Shown one piece after another: positions 18,775 to 27,979 of a stretch of 64,000 bases of DNA. Numbering within the stretch: position 1 is the first letter of the stretch; each line of letters begins with the position of its first letter. The notes under the pieces were generated by a model. The model did no database searches. It was not told the origin of the DNA and saw only the letters and a list, made by a program, of their open reading frames with translations. Both the position numbers and the translations under genes were made by a program. This stretch comes from a virus: positions 1 through 64,000 of the IMG/VR virus record IMGVR_UViG_3300023109_003600, one strand, 5' to 3'.

Positions 18775-19665
18775 ATGAAAATCAACGTATATAACGAAGG
18801 AAAATTTAACGCGAGCCTCAAGAGGAAAAATCCTTGGCTCAAAGATCAGTCAAGCTGGATAGAAAACCATAAATACTTTTCTGAATCAAATCTAGATTCT
18901 TCAGACTTTATTCTATACCACACGCAAGGAGGAGGAACAGTAATACCTCAACAAGTCCAAACACTAAGAGATAAATACTCCTCGAAAAAACCAATTTTAT
19001 TTATAATTATAGATGATTACCCACAAATCACACCACTAGAAGACGAAGGTAACATCTACATCACAACGGCATTCAACACAAAGTCACAAGCAAAACATCA
19101 ACACTGGGGAGCCTATCCCATGGGAAGGATACATGAAGACTGGGATAGACCAAGAAGTCTTTTAGCAAACTTTGTAGGGAGCAGCATAACTTACCCCCCT
19201 AGAAAACTTCTTAAAAACATTGAAAGTAAGAATATTAAAATAGACTTAATGGAAAAAAATTGGTGGAAAATAGAGTCCAGAGAAGAAGTTGAAAATAGAA
19301 GACAAATATTTACCCAAGCTATGCAGGAATCACTTTTTTGTCTATGCCCCAGGGGCAACGGCCCAACAAGTATTAGACTAGTAGAGTCTATACTGAAAGG
19401 CTGTATACCCGTCATGCTAGATGATTACACTAAAGTCCTAGATGATGATTTAGATTTTTGTATACGAAAGTCCATGCAAGACATACACACACTAGAAGAA
19501 GAACTATTAAGCATAGCAAACAATAAAAGAGAAATAGAAACAAGGCTCGCAAAAATGAATAATTTTGTTACATCTAAATTAGACACAAACCCCGAACAAG
19601 GCAACGAGTTAAATTACGGAGATTTTATATATAATATCTGTAAAGAATATAAAAAAAGCAAATAA
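18775..19665 (+). CDS. Exostosin-family (GT47) glycosyltransferase
   Basis: FVGS, SLFCLCPRGNGPTSIRLVESILKGCIPV. Confidence 0.85.
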   Translation: MKINVYNEGKFNASLKRKNPWLKDQSSWIENHKYFSESNLDSSDFILYHTQGGGTVIPQQVQTLRDKYSSKKPILFIIIDDYPQITPLEDEGNIYITTAFNTKSQAKHQHWGAYPMGRIHEDWDRPRSLLANFVGSSITYPPRKLLKNIESKNIKIDLMEKNWWKIESREEVENRRQIFTQAMQESLFCLCPRGNGPTSIRLVESILKGCIPVMLDDYTKVLDDDLDFCIRKSMQDIHTLEEELLSIANNKREIETRLAKMNNFVTSKLDTNPEQGNELNYGDFIYNICKEYKKSK

Positions 19666-19693
19666 TCTAAGCAGGCTTAGTGTAAAATTGCTT

Positions 19694-20293
19694 ATGACAG
19701 AACAAAACGAAACATTAACAGAGTATATTACCGCCAATAAAGAAATTCTCATCTCTAAACCATTCGCAAATCACCCCACAACAATTGGAGGTTATATTAA
19801 TGTAGGACAATCCACTAAAAACCTTATGGAATGCTCCGATATCCTTGATAAGTTCAACATTAAATACGTACCCCTGTGGGGTACTCTTTTAGGTATGTAT
19901 AGAGACGGCGCCTTAATTGCGCACGACACTGACGTAGACGTATCAATCGTACTTGACGAAGGGGATGAAAGTAAACTAATAGCAGCACTCCCCTCGTTTG
20001 AAAAAGCTGGCCTCTTACTAACAAGATATTGGAGAGAGGTTATACTTAGCCTTACTCGGGGTGGAGACTATATAGACCTCTACCTACACAGAGATGCAGG
20101 AGGTAGAAAATTCCAAGGACCAAGCTACACTCTCACAGACCCAGACTTCTCAGGCGAAAACACAATAAAATTTCAAGGTAAATCTTTTTGCATGATTCAA
20201 GACCCAGAAGCTTTCTTTAGAAAATTTTACGGTAGCGACTGGAAGACTCCTATAAAAGACTTGCACGGCTCACCAGCAAATGAAACAAGATAA
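19694..20293 (+). CDS. licD: LicD-family phosphotransferase
   Basis: GTLLGMYRDGALIAHDTDVDV, IDLY, YGSDWKTP; ATG 19694 lies 9 nt after GTGTA. Confidence 0.85.
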   Translation: MTEQNETLTEYITANKEILISKPFANHPTTIGGYINVGQSTKNLMECSDILDKFNIKYVPLWGTLLGMYRDGALIAHDTDVDVSIVLDEGDESKLIAALPSFEKAGLLLTRYWREVILSLTRGGDYIDLYLHRDAGGRKFQGPSYTLTDPDFSGENTIKFQGKSFCMIQDPEAFFRKFYGSDWKTPIKDLHGSPANETR

Positions 20294-21419
20294 ATATGAT
20301 ATAACTATTTTAGGATTCGGAATTTCATCATTTTGTTTTTTATTATATTTATACAACAATAATCTATTAAGCAAATACAATATATTAATACTCGAAAAAC
20401 ACAAAGAGCCATGCCTCAAATCCCTTGATTATAAAAATGTAAACAGCAACTCAACCCTAGGGTCCCTAATTGAACCATTTAGGGTTAATATATTCAATGA
20501 AATTATATCCCAAATAGATAAAGATCATGACTTAAATAAATATATTAACCTAAAAGCCTATAGCAAAATAATAAGATCCATAGCCAATACCTTCCTGAGG
20601 CACTTAGAAAGCCTCAACAATATAACAGTTAAATTAGACCACAATATCACTAATATTAGCCACAGTAATCATAATATCAATATTGACCAACACCAAACAA
20701 AAACTTGCATAATTAGCTTAGGAGCAGAACAAGACTTATCTTATATCCAAAGCCAAGATACAGAAAACATACTACATAATAAAACAAGTAAATGCATTTT
20801 ACCAGAAGAAATATTTAACAGAGACAATTTTAAACTCTTTAATGGAAAAAAAATTGCCATAATAGGATCATCCCACTCCAGTATATCTATAGCGGACGCT
20901 CTAATATCAAACAAAGTAAATTATGAAAAAATCTCCCTACTTTGCAGAAACAAAATTAAAGTATTTTTTGAAAGTCGTGAATCAGCCACTGAAAACGGAT
21001 TCCCCTTTAAAGAGGATGAAGTATGCACAGAGACTCAGACAGTTAACCGTTTTGATGGACTAAGGGAAAACTCTAAATATATCTACATGAACTTAAATAA
21101 GTTTCGCATAGATGAGATATGCAACAAAAAAATCTCTTGCGAGGATTATGATATTATAGTGCCCTGCTGGGGTTATCGCAAGCGAATACCAAAAATCAAC
21201 AACACAAAACACAGCGAACATATTGATAGTAATAAAAATTTCGAGTTAACAATAAAAGAAAAAGAATATAAAAACATTTTCCTTTTTGGTATCAGCTCTA
21301 AACCTAAGATTGAGATTACCCAAAAAAGCTTCACTAAAAGCGTTGATGGCGTGTGGCTGTACTATAACCTTCTCAGTGAGCAGCTTTATAAAAATATCTT
21401 AAACGGTATTAAAACTTGA
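20280..21419 (+). CDS. FAD/NAD(P)-dependent oxidoreductase
   Basis: YDITILGFGIS (FAD site), ILILEK, KIAIIGSSHS (second dinucleotide site), C-terminal IFLFGI. Confidence 0.65.
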   Translation: MKQDKYDITILGFGISSFCFLLYLYNNNLLSKYNILILEKHKEPCLKSLDYKNVNSNSTLGSLIEPFRVNIFNEIISQIDKDHDLNKYINLKAYSKIIRSIANTFLRHLESLNNITVKLDHNITNISHSNHNINIDQHQTKTCIISLGAEQDLSYIQSQDTENILHNKTSKCILPEEIFNRDNFKLFNGKKIAIIGSSHSSISIADALISNKVNYEKISLLCRNKIKVFFESRESATENGFPFKEDEVCTETQTVNRFDGLRENSKYIYMNLNKFRIDEICNKKISCEDYDIIVPCWGYRKRIPKINNTKHSEHIDSNKNFELTIKEKEYKNIFLFGISSKPKIEITQKSFTKSVDGVWLYYNLLSEQLYKNILNGIKT

Positions 21420-21444
21420 CTTTCTATATCTAATGGTTTAATAT
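21416..21444 (+). promoter_or_regulatory. Sigma70-type promoter
   Basis: TTGACT-N17-TAATAT, ATG 9 nt later. Confidence 0.6.
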
Positions 21445-21453
21445 AACAGAACT

Positions 21454-23253
21454 ATGCAAGCAATAATTTTAGCAGCAGGTCGAGGAAGCAGGTTAGGCTC
21501 ATTAACAGACTCAAACACTAAATGCATGGTTGAGGTTTGCAAAATACCCTTAATAGAGAGGTCAATAAAATCAATCCTTGACGCTGGAATTAATAAGATT
21601 ATTATCGTAGTTGGATATAAAAAAGAAGGCCTAAAGAAATATATAAAAGAAAAATTCCCCAATACAAATATTAAATTTATCTTTAATAAAGACTACTATC
21701 GAACAAACAACATATACTCACTTTTTATTGCTAGCGAAGAATTACTAAAAGATGACACCATACTATTAGAAAGCGATTTAATCTTCGACACTGACATCTT
21801 AAAAAAACTAATTTCTGATACAAGAAAAAATCTAGCTGTCGTGGATAGATATAAAAATTGGCACGACGGAACCGTAGTTAAACTAAATGCCAAACAGGAG
21901 ATTCAATCATTTATACCTAAATCCGAATTCAAATTTAAGGATTTATTGCAATACTACAAGACTGTCAATATTTATAAGTTTTCAAAAAAGTTTTCAAAAG
22001 AAAGCTACCTACCCTTCCTAAAAGCCTATTGCGAAGCTTTTGGTAGAAGCGAATATTATGAAGACGTACTACGTGTAATAGCATTAATTAAAACCAAAAG
22101 CCTAGAAGCTCTAACCCTAACAGGTCAAAGCTGGTATGAAATAGACACCCCAGAGGATAGAGAGGTCGCAGAGATTATTTTCTCAAATCCAAGTGAAAAA
22201 TACGAACTATTAACTAAAACCTACGGAGGATACTGGAGGTTTAGTAGCTTGATTGATTTTTGCTATTTAGTAAACCCCTTTTTTCCACCCTCTGAATTAA
22301 ACGATGAGATTAATTTTAATCTACCAAAACTAATTCAATCTTATCCATCTGGATCAAGCACTCAATCTAGATTGGCAGGCCAAATGTTTAACGTTGACTC
22401 TTCTCATATAGTTACAGGTAATGGCTCGGCAGAACTAATTAAACTTGCATCCAAAATTCTAAAAAAAAGATTTGGACTATACCGACCAACCTTCGACGAA
22501 TATACTTCAACATTCAAACATGCAAATATTAAACCTTTATCCACCAAAGGCTTTCGTTACGGCAAAGAGGAGATTTTAAGCCTAGCAGAAGACAATGATG
22601 GAGTCATACTAATTAACCCAGACAACCCTTCTGGTAATTTCATCCCTCATAAAGATATACTTGATATATTAAATGAATTCAAAAGTAACAATAAAACGCT
22701 TATTCTAGATGAATCATTCTTAGATTTTGCCGAAGAAGGATTTCACTCTTCCTGTTGTGATAACAAAATATTAAATAATTTTCCTAATTTAATAGTCATT
22801 AAAAGCATTGGCAAAAGCTACGGCGTGGGAGGTTTGCGGCTAGGAGTTCTGCTTAGCTCAAACACCGATCTAATAAATGAACTTAAATCACGAATCCCAA
22901 TATGGAACATTAATTCAATTGCAGAGTTTTACCTACAAATAATACTTAAATACAAGTCCGATTACATCAAAAGCTGTAAAAAACTAATCGAAACCCGTAA
23001 GTCACTACAACTCGAGCTTAACAAAATTCCTTACATTGAGTGCTATGACTCTCAAGCTAATTATTTTTTATGTAAATTAATTGGAAAAAATTCTCGCGAT
23101 TTAGCTATTAATCTCTGTGATAAACATTCCCTTTTTATAAAGGACTGTTCTCATAAGTGTAACAACAGTAAAGACCAATACATTCGTGTAGCGGTAAGAA
23201 GTCCAGAAGATAATAAAAAACTAATCAACGCATTAAAGAATTACGAAATATGA
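21454..23253 (+). CDS. Bifunctional LicC-like NTP transferase + PLP-dependent class I/II (CobD/HisC-like) enzyme
   Basis: AIILAAGRGSRL, TNNIYSL, ESD, WYEIDT; GNGSAELI, NPDNPSG, DESF, SIGKSYGVGGLRLG (PLP Lys). Confidence 0.88.
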   Translation: MQAIILAAGRGSRLGSLTDSNTKCMVEVCKIPLIERSIKSILDAGINKIIIVVGYKKEGLKKYIKEKFPNTNIKFIFNKDYYRTNNIYSLFIASEELLKDDTILLESDLIFDTDILKKLISDTRKNLAVVDRYKNWHDGTVVKLNAKQEIQSFIPKSEFKFKDLLQYYKTVNIYKFSKKFSKESYLPFLKAYCEAFGRSEYYEDVLRVIALIKTKSLEALTLTGQSWYEIDTPEDREVAEIIFSNPSEKYELLTKTYGGYWRFSSLIDFCYLVNPFFPPSELNDEINFNLPKLIQSYPSGSSTQSRLAGQMFNVDSSHIVTGNGSAELIKLASKILKKRFGLYRPTFDEYTSTFKHANIKPLSTKGFRYGKEEILSLAEDNDGVILINPDNPSGNFIPHKDILDILNEFKSNNKTLILDESFLDFAEEGFHSSCCDNKILNNFPNLIVIKSIGKSYGVGGLRLGVLLSSNTDLINELKSRIPIWNINSIAEFYLQIILKYKSDYIKSCKKLIETRKSLQLELNKIPYIECYDSQANYFLCKLIGKNSRDLAINLCDKHSLFIKDCSHKCNNSKDQYIRVAVRSPEDNKKLINALKNYEI

Positions 23254-24023
23254 CAAAAGAAAATTTACCAACCCCTCAAGCAGCACAAGCCCTGATAGAA
23301 CTATCAGAGCTTTGTGATAAAAATAATGTTTACATACTTCCTCGTAACGGGTTACTATTAGGCATAATTCGCCACAATAAATTCCTACCCAACGAGTCGC
23401 TTGATTCAGACATTATAGCTCATGAGGATGATATCGAAAAAATAAAAGAATCCAATTGGGGTTCATTTGAAATAGAAGTTCGAGATTACCTAGGAAGAGA
23501 TAAAGAAACAGCGCCTGGAAGAATTGGTAATCAATTTTTTGATGGCAACCACCCTGTATCTGGCGAAAGACATGAATATGGAAGCATATACATAAGATGC
23601 AAAGAACGAGGAATTAGCGTAGGATCAGGCTCGCTTCTATTTAATTATAAACCAGGGTACTTGTACCAGCCGTGGTGGGTGGGCGAAAAAAACTATAAGT
23701 CAGAACTTGACTTACATATATTTTATCATGAAAAATTTAACTTTAAAACTGGAGCTAAAGTATTAGGTAATACCGAGGTACCCCTCAGTCATGAATTCCT
23801 AAATATTAAAAAAGAAGATCCGCAATGGGGGAATGTAGGAAAAATGTACAAGTCATCCGATTGGTTCCCCACAAAAAAAGTGGAGTTTTACGATGGCCTT
23901 ATAAATGTTCCAGGAAACGCCGAAGAAATCCTAAAAGAAGATTACGGAGACGATTGTCTGGACGTAATGATAACAAAAAAAGAGGTAACAACATTTACTA
24001 GAGAACTTATAAACAAACAATAA
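23250..24023 (+). CDS. Divergent LicD-family protein
   Basis: NGLLLGIIRHNKFLPNESLDSDI, FP.KKVEF.....VP....IL...YGDD. Confidence 0.7.
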   Translation: MTKENLPTPQAAQALIELSELCDKNNVYILPRNGLLLGIIRHNKFLPNESLDSDIIAHEDDIEKIKESNWGSFEIEVRDYLGRDKETAPGRIGNQFFDGNHPVSGERHEYGSIYIRCKERGISVGSGSLLFNYKPGYLYQPWWVGEKNYKSELDLHIFYHEKFNFKTGAKVLGNTEVPLSHEFLNIKKEDPQWGNVGKMYKSSDWFPTKKVEFYDGLINVPGNAEEILKEDYGDDCLDVMITKKEVTTFTRELINKQ

Positions 24024-24027
24024 AACA

Positions 24028-24738
24028 ATGAGAAGTAAAAAATGGTTAGAAATTTGGGAAAAAAAAGGATCCTGCAAAAACGAGGAACAGCACGTCATAG
24101 ACGGATGGGACTTAAACAGCGAAGAAGAGTATAGAAAGATTGCATATTCCTGCCTTCTCGGTAGTGAACATATCCTATCTCAATCAAATCTAAAAATGGT
24201 TGAACTTGGTTGCGGTGCAGGAGCTTTCATTTCAGCATTAAAAAGTAAATTCCCCGACGCTCAAATTGAGGGATCAGATTATTCCAGCTCGCTAATTAAG
24301 GCAGCTCAAACAAAAACCAACGGAGTACATTTTAGTGTTTTAGACATGAACAGTTCACTTAGTCACTGGCAAAAGACATTAAGTAGCAAAACCTACGATG
24401 TTATTTTTAGTTTTGGAACTTTCTTATATCTAAGCTCCAAAGATGAGGTTATTCAAGTTTTACACAAAATGAACTCAATGCTATCGCAGGGCGGTTTAAT
24501 TATTTTAGGAGAAATAAATGACAGCGAACTCAAAAAAGAGTCTTCAGCAATAAGAGAAGAAGCATTTAAAGATCGAAAAGAAAAAAGTTCAAACGAAGAA
24601 GTTGACCACCTTTATATCTCAAGGCAACTTTTTAAAGACTTTACTACTGAAGCTGGCTTGGAATTAAAATTTTTATCCCTACCTAGTTGGTACCCAGCGA
24701 GTAGATATAGATACCATGTCGTTATTCGAAAACGATAA
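24028..24738 (+). CDS. Class I SAM-dependent methyltransferase
   Basis: VELGCGAG, GSDYS, YDVIFSFGTFLYL, L..GG.IILGEI. Confidence 0.88.
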   Translation: MRSKKWLEIWEKKGSCKNEEQHVIDGWDLNSEEEYRKIAYSCLLGSEHILSQSNLKMVELGCGAGAFISALKSKFPDAQIEGSDYSSSLIKAAQTKTNGVHFSVLDMNSSLSHWQKTLSSKTYDVIFSFGTFLYLSSKDEVIQVLHKMNSMLSQGGLIILGEINDSELKKESSAIREEAFKDRKEKSSNEEVDHLYISRQLFKDFTTEAGLELKFLSLPSWYPASRYRYHVVIRKR

Positions 24739-24907
24739 CAAATATGAACAGGGGTTTAATTACAATTGATTACTGGAGAAAAAAATCAAGGAAAGAATAG
24801 CTATAAATAAAAAAGATTTAAATAGTTAGCTTACTATAGGCTTTTTTACTTAAATCAAATCTACGAATCGAACAACATAATAAGGCTTCTGCAATTATAC
24901 ACATAAA

Positions 24908-25576
24908 ATGAATACTTGTTTTTTAATCAGTCTCATCAACGAATCGGGTGTTAGTCCGTCGGTAACAACATTCATAAATGATAAAAGTTTTCTTAATATA
25001 TGTATTGAGAAAATAAGAAAATGCAATTTCACAAATACTGTATTATTAACTAACTGCAAGCACTCGCAGCTAATAGCAGTAGAGCAGTCTATAGAATGTA
25101 CAAAAATTACAGAAACATCCATGGATAAAATCATGTACAATTCAGCAATAGATTACATGTATGAATACGGCTTTTTCATGAATTCGAATTTTCCACTAAT
25201 AGAGAACAATTCTATAATGAAATATTTAAAAAAAATACAGCTAGGCGAATTTGATTCGGGGTTTTCATCCAATTCTCACAAAGAATTACCCTTATGGAAA
25301 AATGGGCAACCAATAAATTTCTCTCTCAGCGAAAGAAATTCATTTATCCAGCAAGAATGCTCTTTAGAGAATGGCGCTTTTTACATTAGGACAAGAGACT
25401 CGATTTTATCTGCAAAAAATTTATATTCAGGTGTAATAAAAAACTTAGACATAACCTTCCAAGAATCAATAAATCACCAAAATTACTTAAGTGATATTAA
25501 AAAAACAAAAAAACAACCTATAATAGAAAACGACTTTCAAAAAATTCTTAAAAAAACATCATGGTTAAAAAAGTAA
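24908..25576 (+). CDS. Degenerate acylneuraminate cytidylyltransferase (NeuA)-like protein
   Basis: FDSGFS, LW.NGQPINF, ENGAFYI, ESIN match the C-terminal half; N-terminal ARGGSK nucleotide motif absent. Confidence 0.5.
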   Translation: MNTCFLISLINESGVSPSVTTFINDKSFLNICIEKIRKCNFTNTVLLTNCKHSQLIAVEQSIECTKITETSMDKIMYNSAIDYMYEYGFFMNSNFPLIENNSIMKYLKKIQLGEFDSGFSSNSHKELPLWKNGQPINFSLSERNSFIQQECSLENGAFYIRTRDSILSAKNLYSGVIKNLDITFQESINHQNYLSDIKKTKKQPIIENDFQKILKKTSWLKK

Positions 25577-26622
25577 AAAATATTATTATCACGGGCGTCA
25601 CAGGCCAGGACGGTAGCCATATGGCGGATTACCTACTAAACTTATTAAGGCTTGAATTAGGACAAACAGCATTCAAAATATATGGAGCAGTACGCAGGCT
25701 TAGTGTAAAAAATCACGAAAATATTTCCCACCTAGAAAATGACCCAAATTTTGAATTAATCGATATGGATCTTAATGATGCGCACAGCATTAGAGATATC
25801 ATTCTAGACATTCAGCCAGATTATTTTATTAATTTTGCAGCTCAGTCTTTTGTAGCAGGAAGCTGGAAATATCCAATTCAGACGTGGGATACAGATGCTA
25901 ATGCAGTACTACATATCCTTGAGTCAATCAGAAGGTTTTCGCCAGATTGTAGATTTTATAACGCTGGATCATCGGAAGAATTTGGAGACGTAATCACATC
26001 ACCTCAATCAGAAGATCATCCACTCAGACCTCAATCTCCTTATGGAGCAGCTAAGTGCGCAGCAAGGCATCTAGTTAGAGTGTATAGAGAATCTTACGAT
26101 CTATTTGCCATACAGGGCTGGTTATTTAACCATGAAGGAACAAGAAGAGGTTTAGATTTTGTAACTAGAAAAATTTCAGACGGAATTGCGAAAATCAAAG
26201 TGGCTATAGATAAAGGTTTAGAACCTCCTACATTAAAATTAGGAAACCTAGATGCCAGGCGAGATTGGACAGACGCAGAAGACTTTATGTCTGGAGTATG
26301 GTTGATGTTAAATAATTCAGAACCCGAAGAATATGTATTAGCCAGCGGAAAAATGCATACTGTTAGGGAATTCATTCAACATGCCCTATTTTTTGCAGAG
26401 ATCAACTACAAGAAAGAAGGCGAGGGAATTGAAGAAAAATTCTATACAGATACAGGACACTTAATCATTTCGGTAGATGAAAAATTCTACAGACCAGCAG
26501 AAGTAGACGAACTATTAGGAGACCCAACTAAAATTGAGTCAGAATTAAATTGGAAAAGAAAAACTGACTTTACTGGGTTGGTTAAAAAAATGATTGAAAA
26601 TGACGTCAGACTTCAAAGATAA
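25561..26622 (+). CDS. gmd: GDP-mannose 4,6-dehydratase
   Basis: IITGVTGQDGS, AAQSFV, SSEEFG, PQSPYGAAK, LFNHE, FVTRKI, LGNLDARRDW, YRPAEV. Confidence 0.96.
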   Translation: MVKKVKNIIITGVTGQDGSHMADYLLNLLRLELGQTAFKIYGAVRRLSVKNHENISHLENDPNFELIDMDLNDAHSIRDIILDIQPDYFINFAAQSFVAGSWKYPIQTWDTDANAVLHILESIRRFSPDCRFYNAGSSEEFGDVITSPQSEDHPLRPQSPYGAAKCAARHLVRVYRESYDLFAIQGWLFNHEGTRRGLDFVTRKISDGIAKIKVAIDKGLEPPTLKLGNLDARRDWTDAEDFMSGVWLMLNNSEPEEYVLASGKMHTVREFIQHALFFAEINYKKEGEGIEEKFYTDTGHLIISVDEKFYRPAEVDELLGDPTKIESELNWKRKTDFTGLVKKMIENDVRLQR

Positions 26623-27559
26623 AAAAGTATACATAGCTGGCCACAAAGGAATGGTTGGCAGTGCTCTACTGAGTAGACTATCATCTCAGGGCTACGAAAA
26701 TCTAGTTGTATCCGATCGAAAAAAAGTAGATCTAACTAGTCAATCCCAAACTAATGATTTCATAATACAAGAAAGACCAAATGTGGTAGTAATTTGCGCA
26801 GCAAAAGTAGGAGGAATACATGCAAATAACACCTTTAAAGGCCAATTCTTATACAATAATTTAGCTATAGCAAGTAATATAATTCACGCTTGCCATGCAG
26901 TAGGTGTGGACAAATTAATATTCCTAGGCTCTTCATGTATTTACCCTAAAGAATGCCCTCAACCAATCAAAGAAGAGTACTTGCTTACTGGCCCACTAGA
27001 AAAAACCAATGAACCATATGCTATTGCAAAAATAGCTGGCGTAAAAATGTGTGAAAGTTATTTTAGCGAGTACAATAGCAACTTTTATTCAGTTATGCCC
27101 TGCAATTTATTTGGAGAAAATGATAACTTTGATCTACAAACATCTCACGTACTACCTGCTTTAATAAGAAAAGCTCATGAAGCAAAAATTAGTAACGCTA
27201 AATCGATAGAAGTATGGGGATCTGGCACACCATTAAGAGAATTTCTATATGTCCAAGATTTAGCTCGAGCACTTCAAATGTGCATAGAACAGGTCGAAGC
27301 TAAAGATATTTACAAAAAAAATATAAGCCATATAAATATTGGTTCTGACGACGAAGTATGTATTAAGGAATTAACTGAAACAATATTTAAGGTTGTCGGT
27401 TTCAAGGGTAGTTTAAAATTCGACCCATCCAAACCAGACGGAACAATGAGAAAAAAAATGGATAATACCATAATTAAAGAATTAGGATTTAAGCAAAAAT
27501 ATTCACTAGAAGAAGCTTTACTTCGAACATATAATCATATAAAACAAAGATGGCTATAA
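26600..27559 (+). CDS. fcl: GDP-L-fucose synthase
   Basis: AGHKGMVGSA, AAKVGGIHAN, LGSSCIYP, NEPYAIAK, HVLPAL, WGSGTPLREFL, KPDG. Confidence 0.96.
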   Translation: MTSDFKDKKVYIAGHKGMVGSALLSRLSSQGYENLVVSDRKKVDLTSQSQTNDFIIQERPNVVVICAAKVGGIHANNTFKGQFLYNNLAIASNIIHACHAVGVDKLIFLGSSCIYPKECPQPIKEEYLLTGPLEKTNEPYAIAKIAGVKMCESYFSEYNSNFYSVMPCNLFGENDNFDLQTSHVLPALIRKAHEAKISNAKSIEVWGSGTPLREFLYVQDLARALQMCIEQVEAKDIYKKNISHINIGSDDEVCIKELTETIFKVVGFKGSLKFDPSKPDGTMRKKMDNTIIKELGFKQKYSLEEALLRTYNHIKQRWL

Positions 27560-27954
27560 TAGATAACTCAAATCCAAATGGCCCAATTAGACCTTGGGGA
27601 AGGTACGAAATCCTATTCGAATCAGAAACTTGCAAGGTTAAGAGAATAATTGTAAAACCTAAACAACGACTAAGTTACCAATACCATTTTAAGCGTCAAG
27701 AAGCTTGGACAATCATTAAAGGGGTTGCAACGATCACATTAAATGACGAAATCAAAGATTACCAACAGGGCACAACCGCACTAATTGCATGTAAAGATAA
27801 ACATAGAGTCGAAAATAAAGACTCTAAAAATGATTTAATTTTTATTGAGGTTCAAACAGGCACCTACTTTGGCGAAGATGATATCATCAGAATAGAGGAT
27901 GACTATAATCGACCCGAAAAGTTTCAAAGTAGAGACGACACATTATTCCTTTAG
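27550..27954 (+). CDS. Mannose-6-phosphate isomerase type II cupin domain
   Basis: RPWG, RLSYQYH, EAW, HR.EN, IEVQTGTYFGEDDIIR.EDDY. Confidence 0.9.
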   Translation: MAIIDNSNPNGPIRPWGRYEILFESETCKVKRIIVKPKQRLSYQYHFKRQEAWTIIKGVATITLNDEIKDYQQGTTALIACKDKHRVENKDSKNDLIFIEVQTGTYFGEDDIIRIEDDYNRPEKFQSRDDTLFL

Positions 27955-27979
27955 ATTCTATTAAAGTGTAGTATTAAAT

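Noticed and set aside
24739-24907. Short ORFs and a minus-strand GTGTA in the 170-bp gap
   Set aside because: Only 18-28-codon frames without recognisable features and no start codon at the expected spacing; cannot support a gene or RNA
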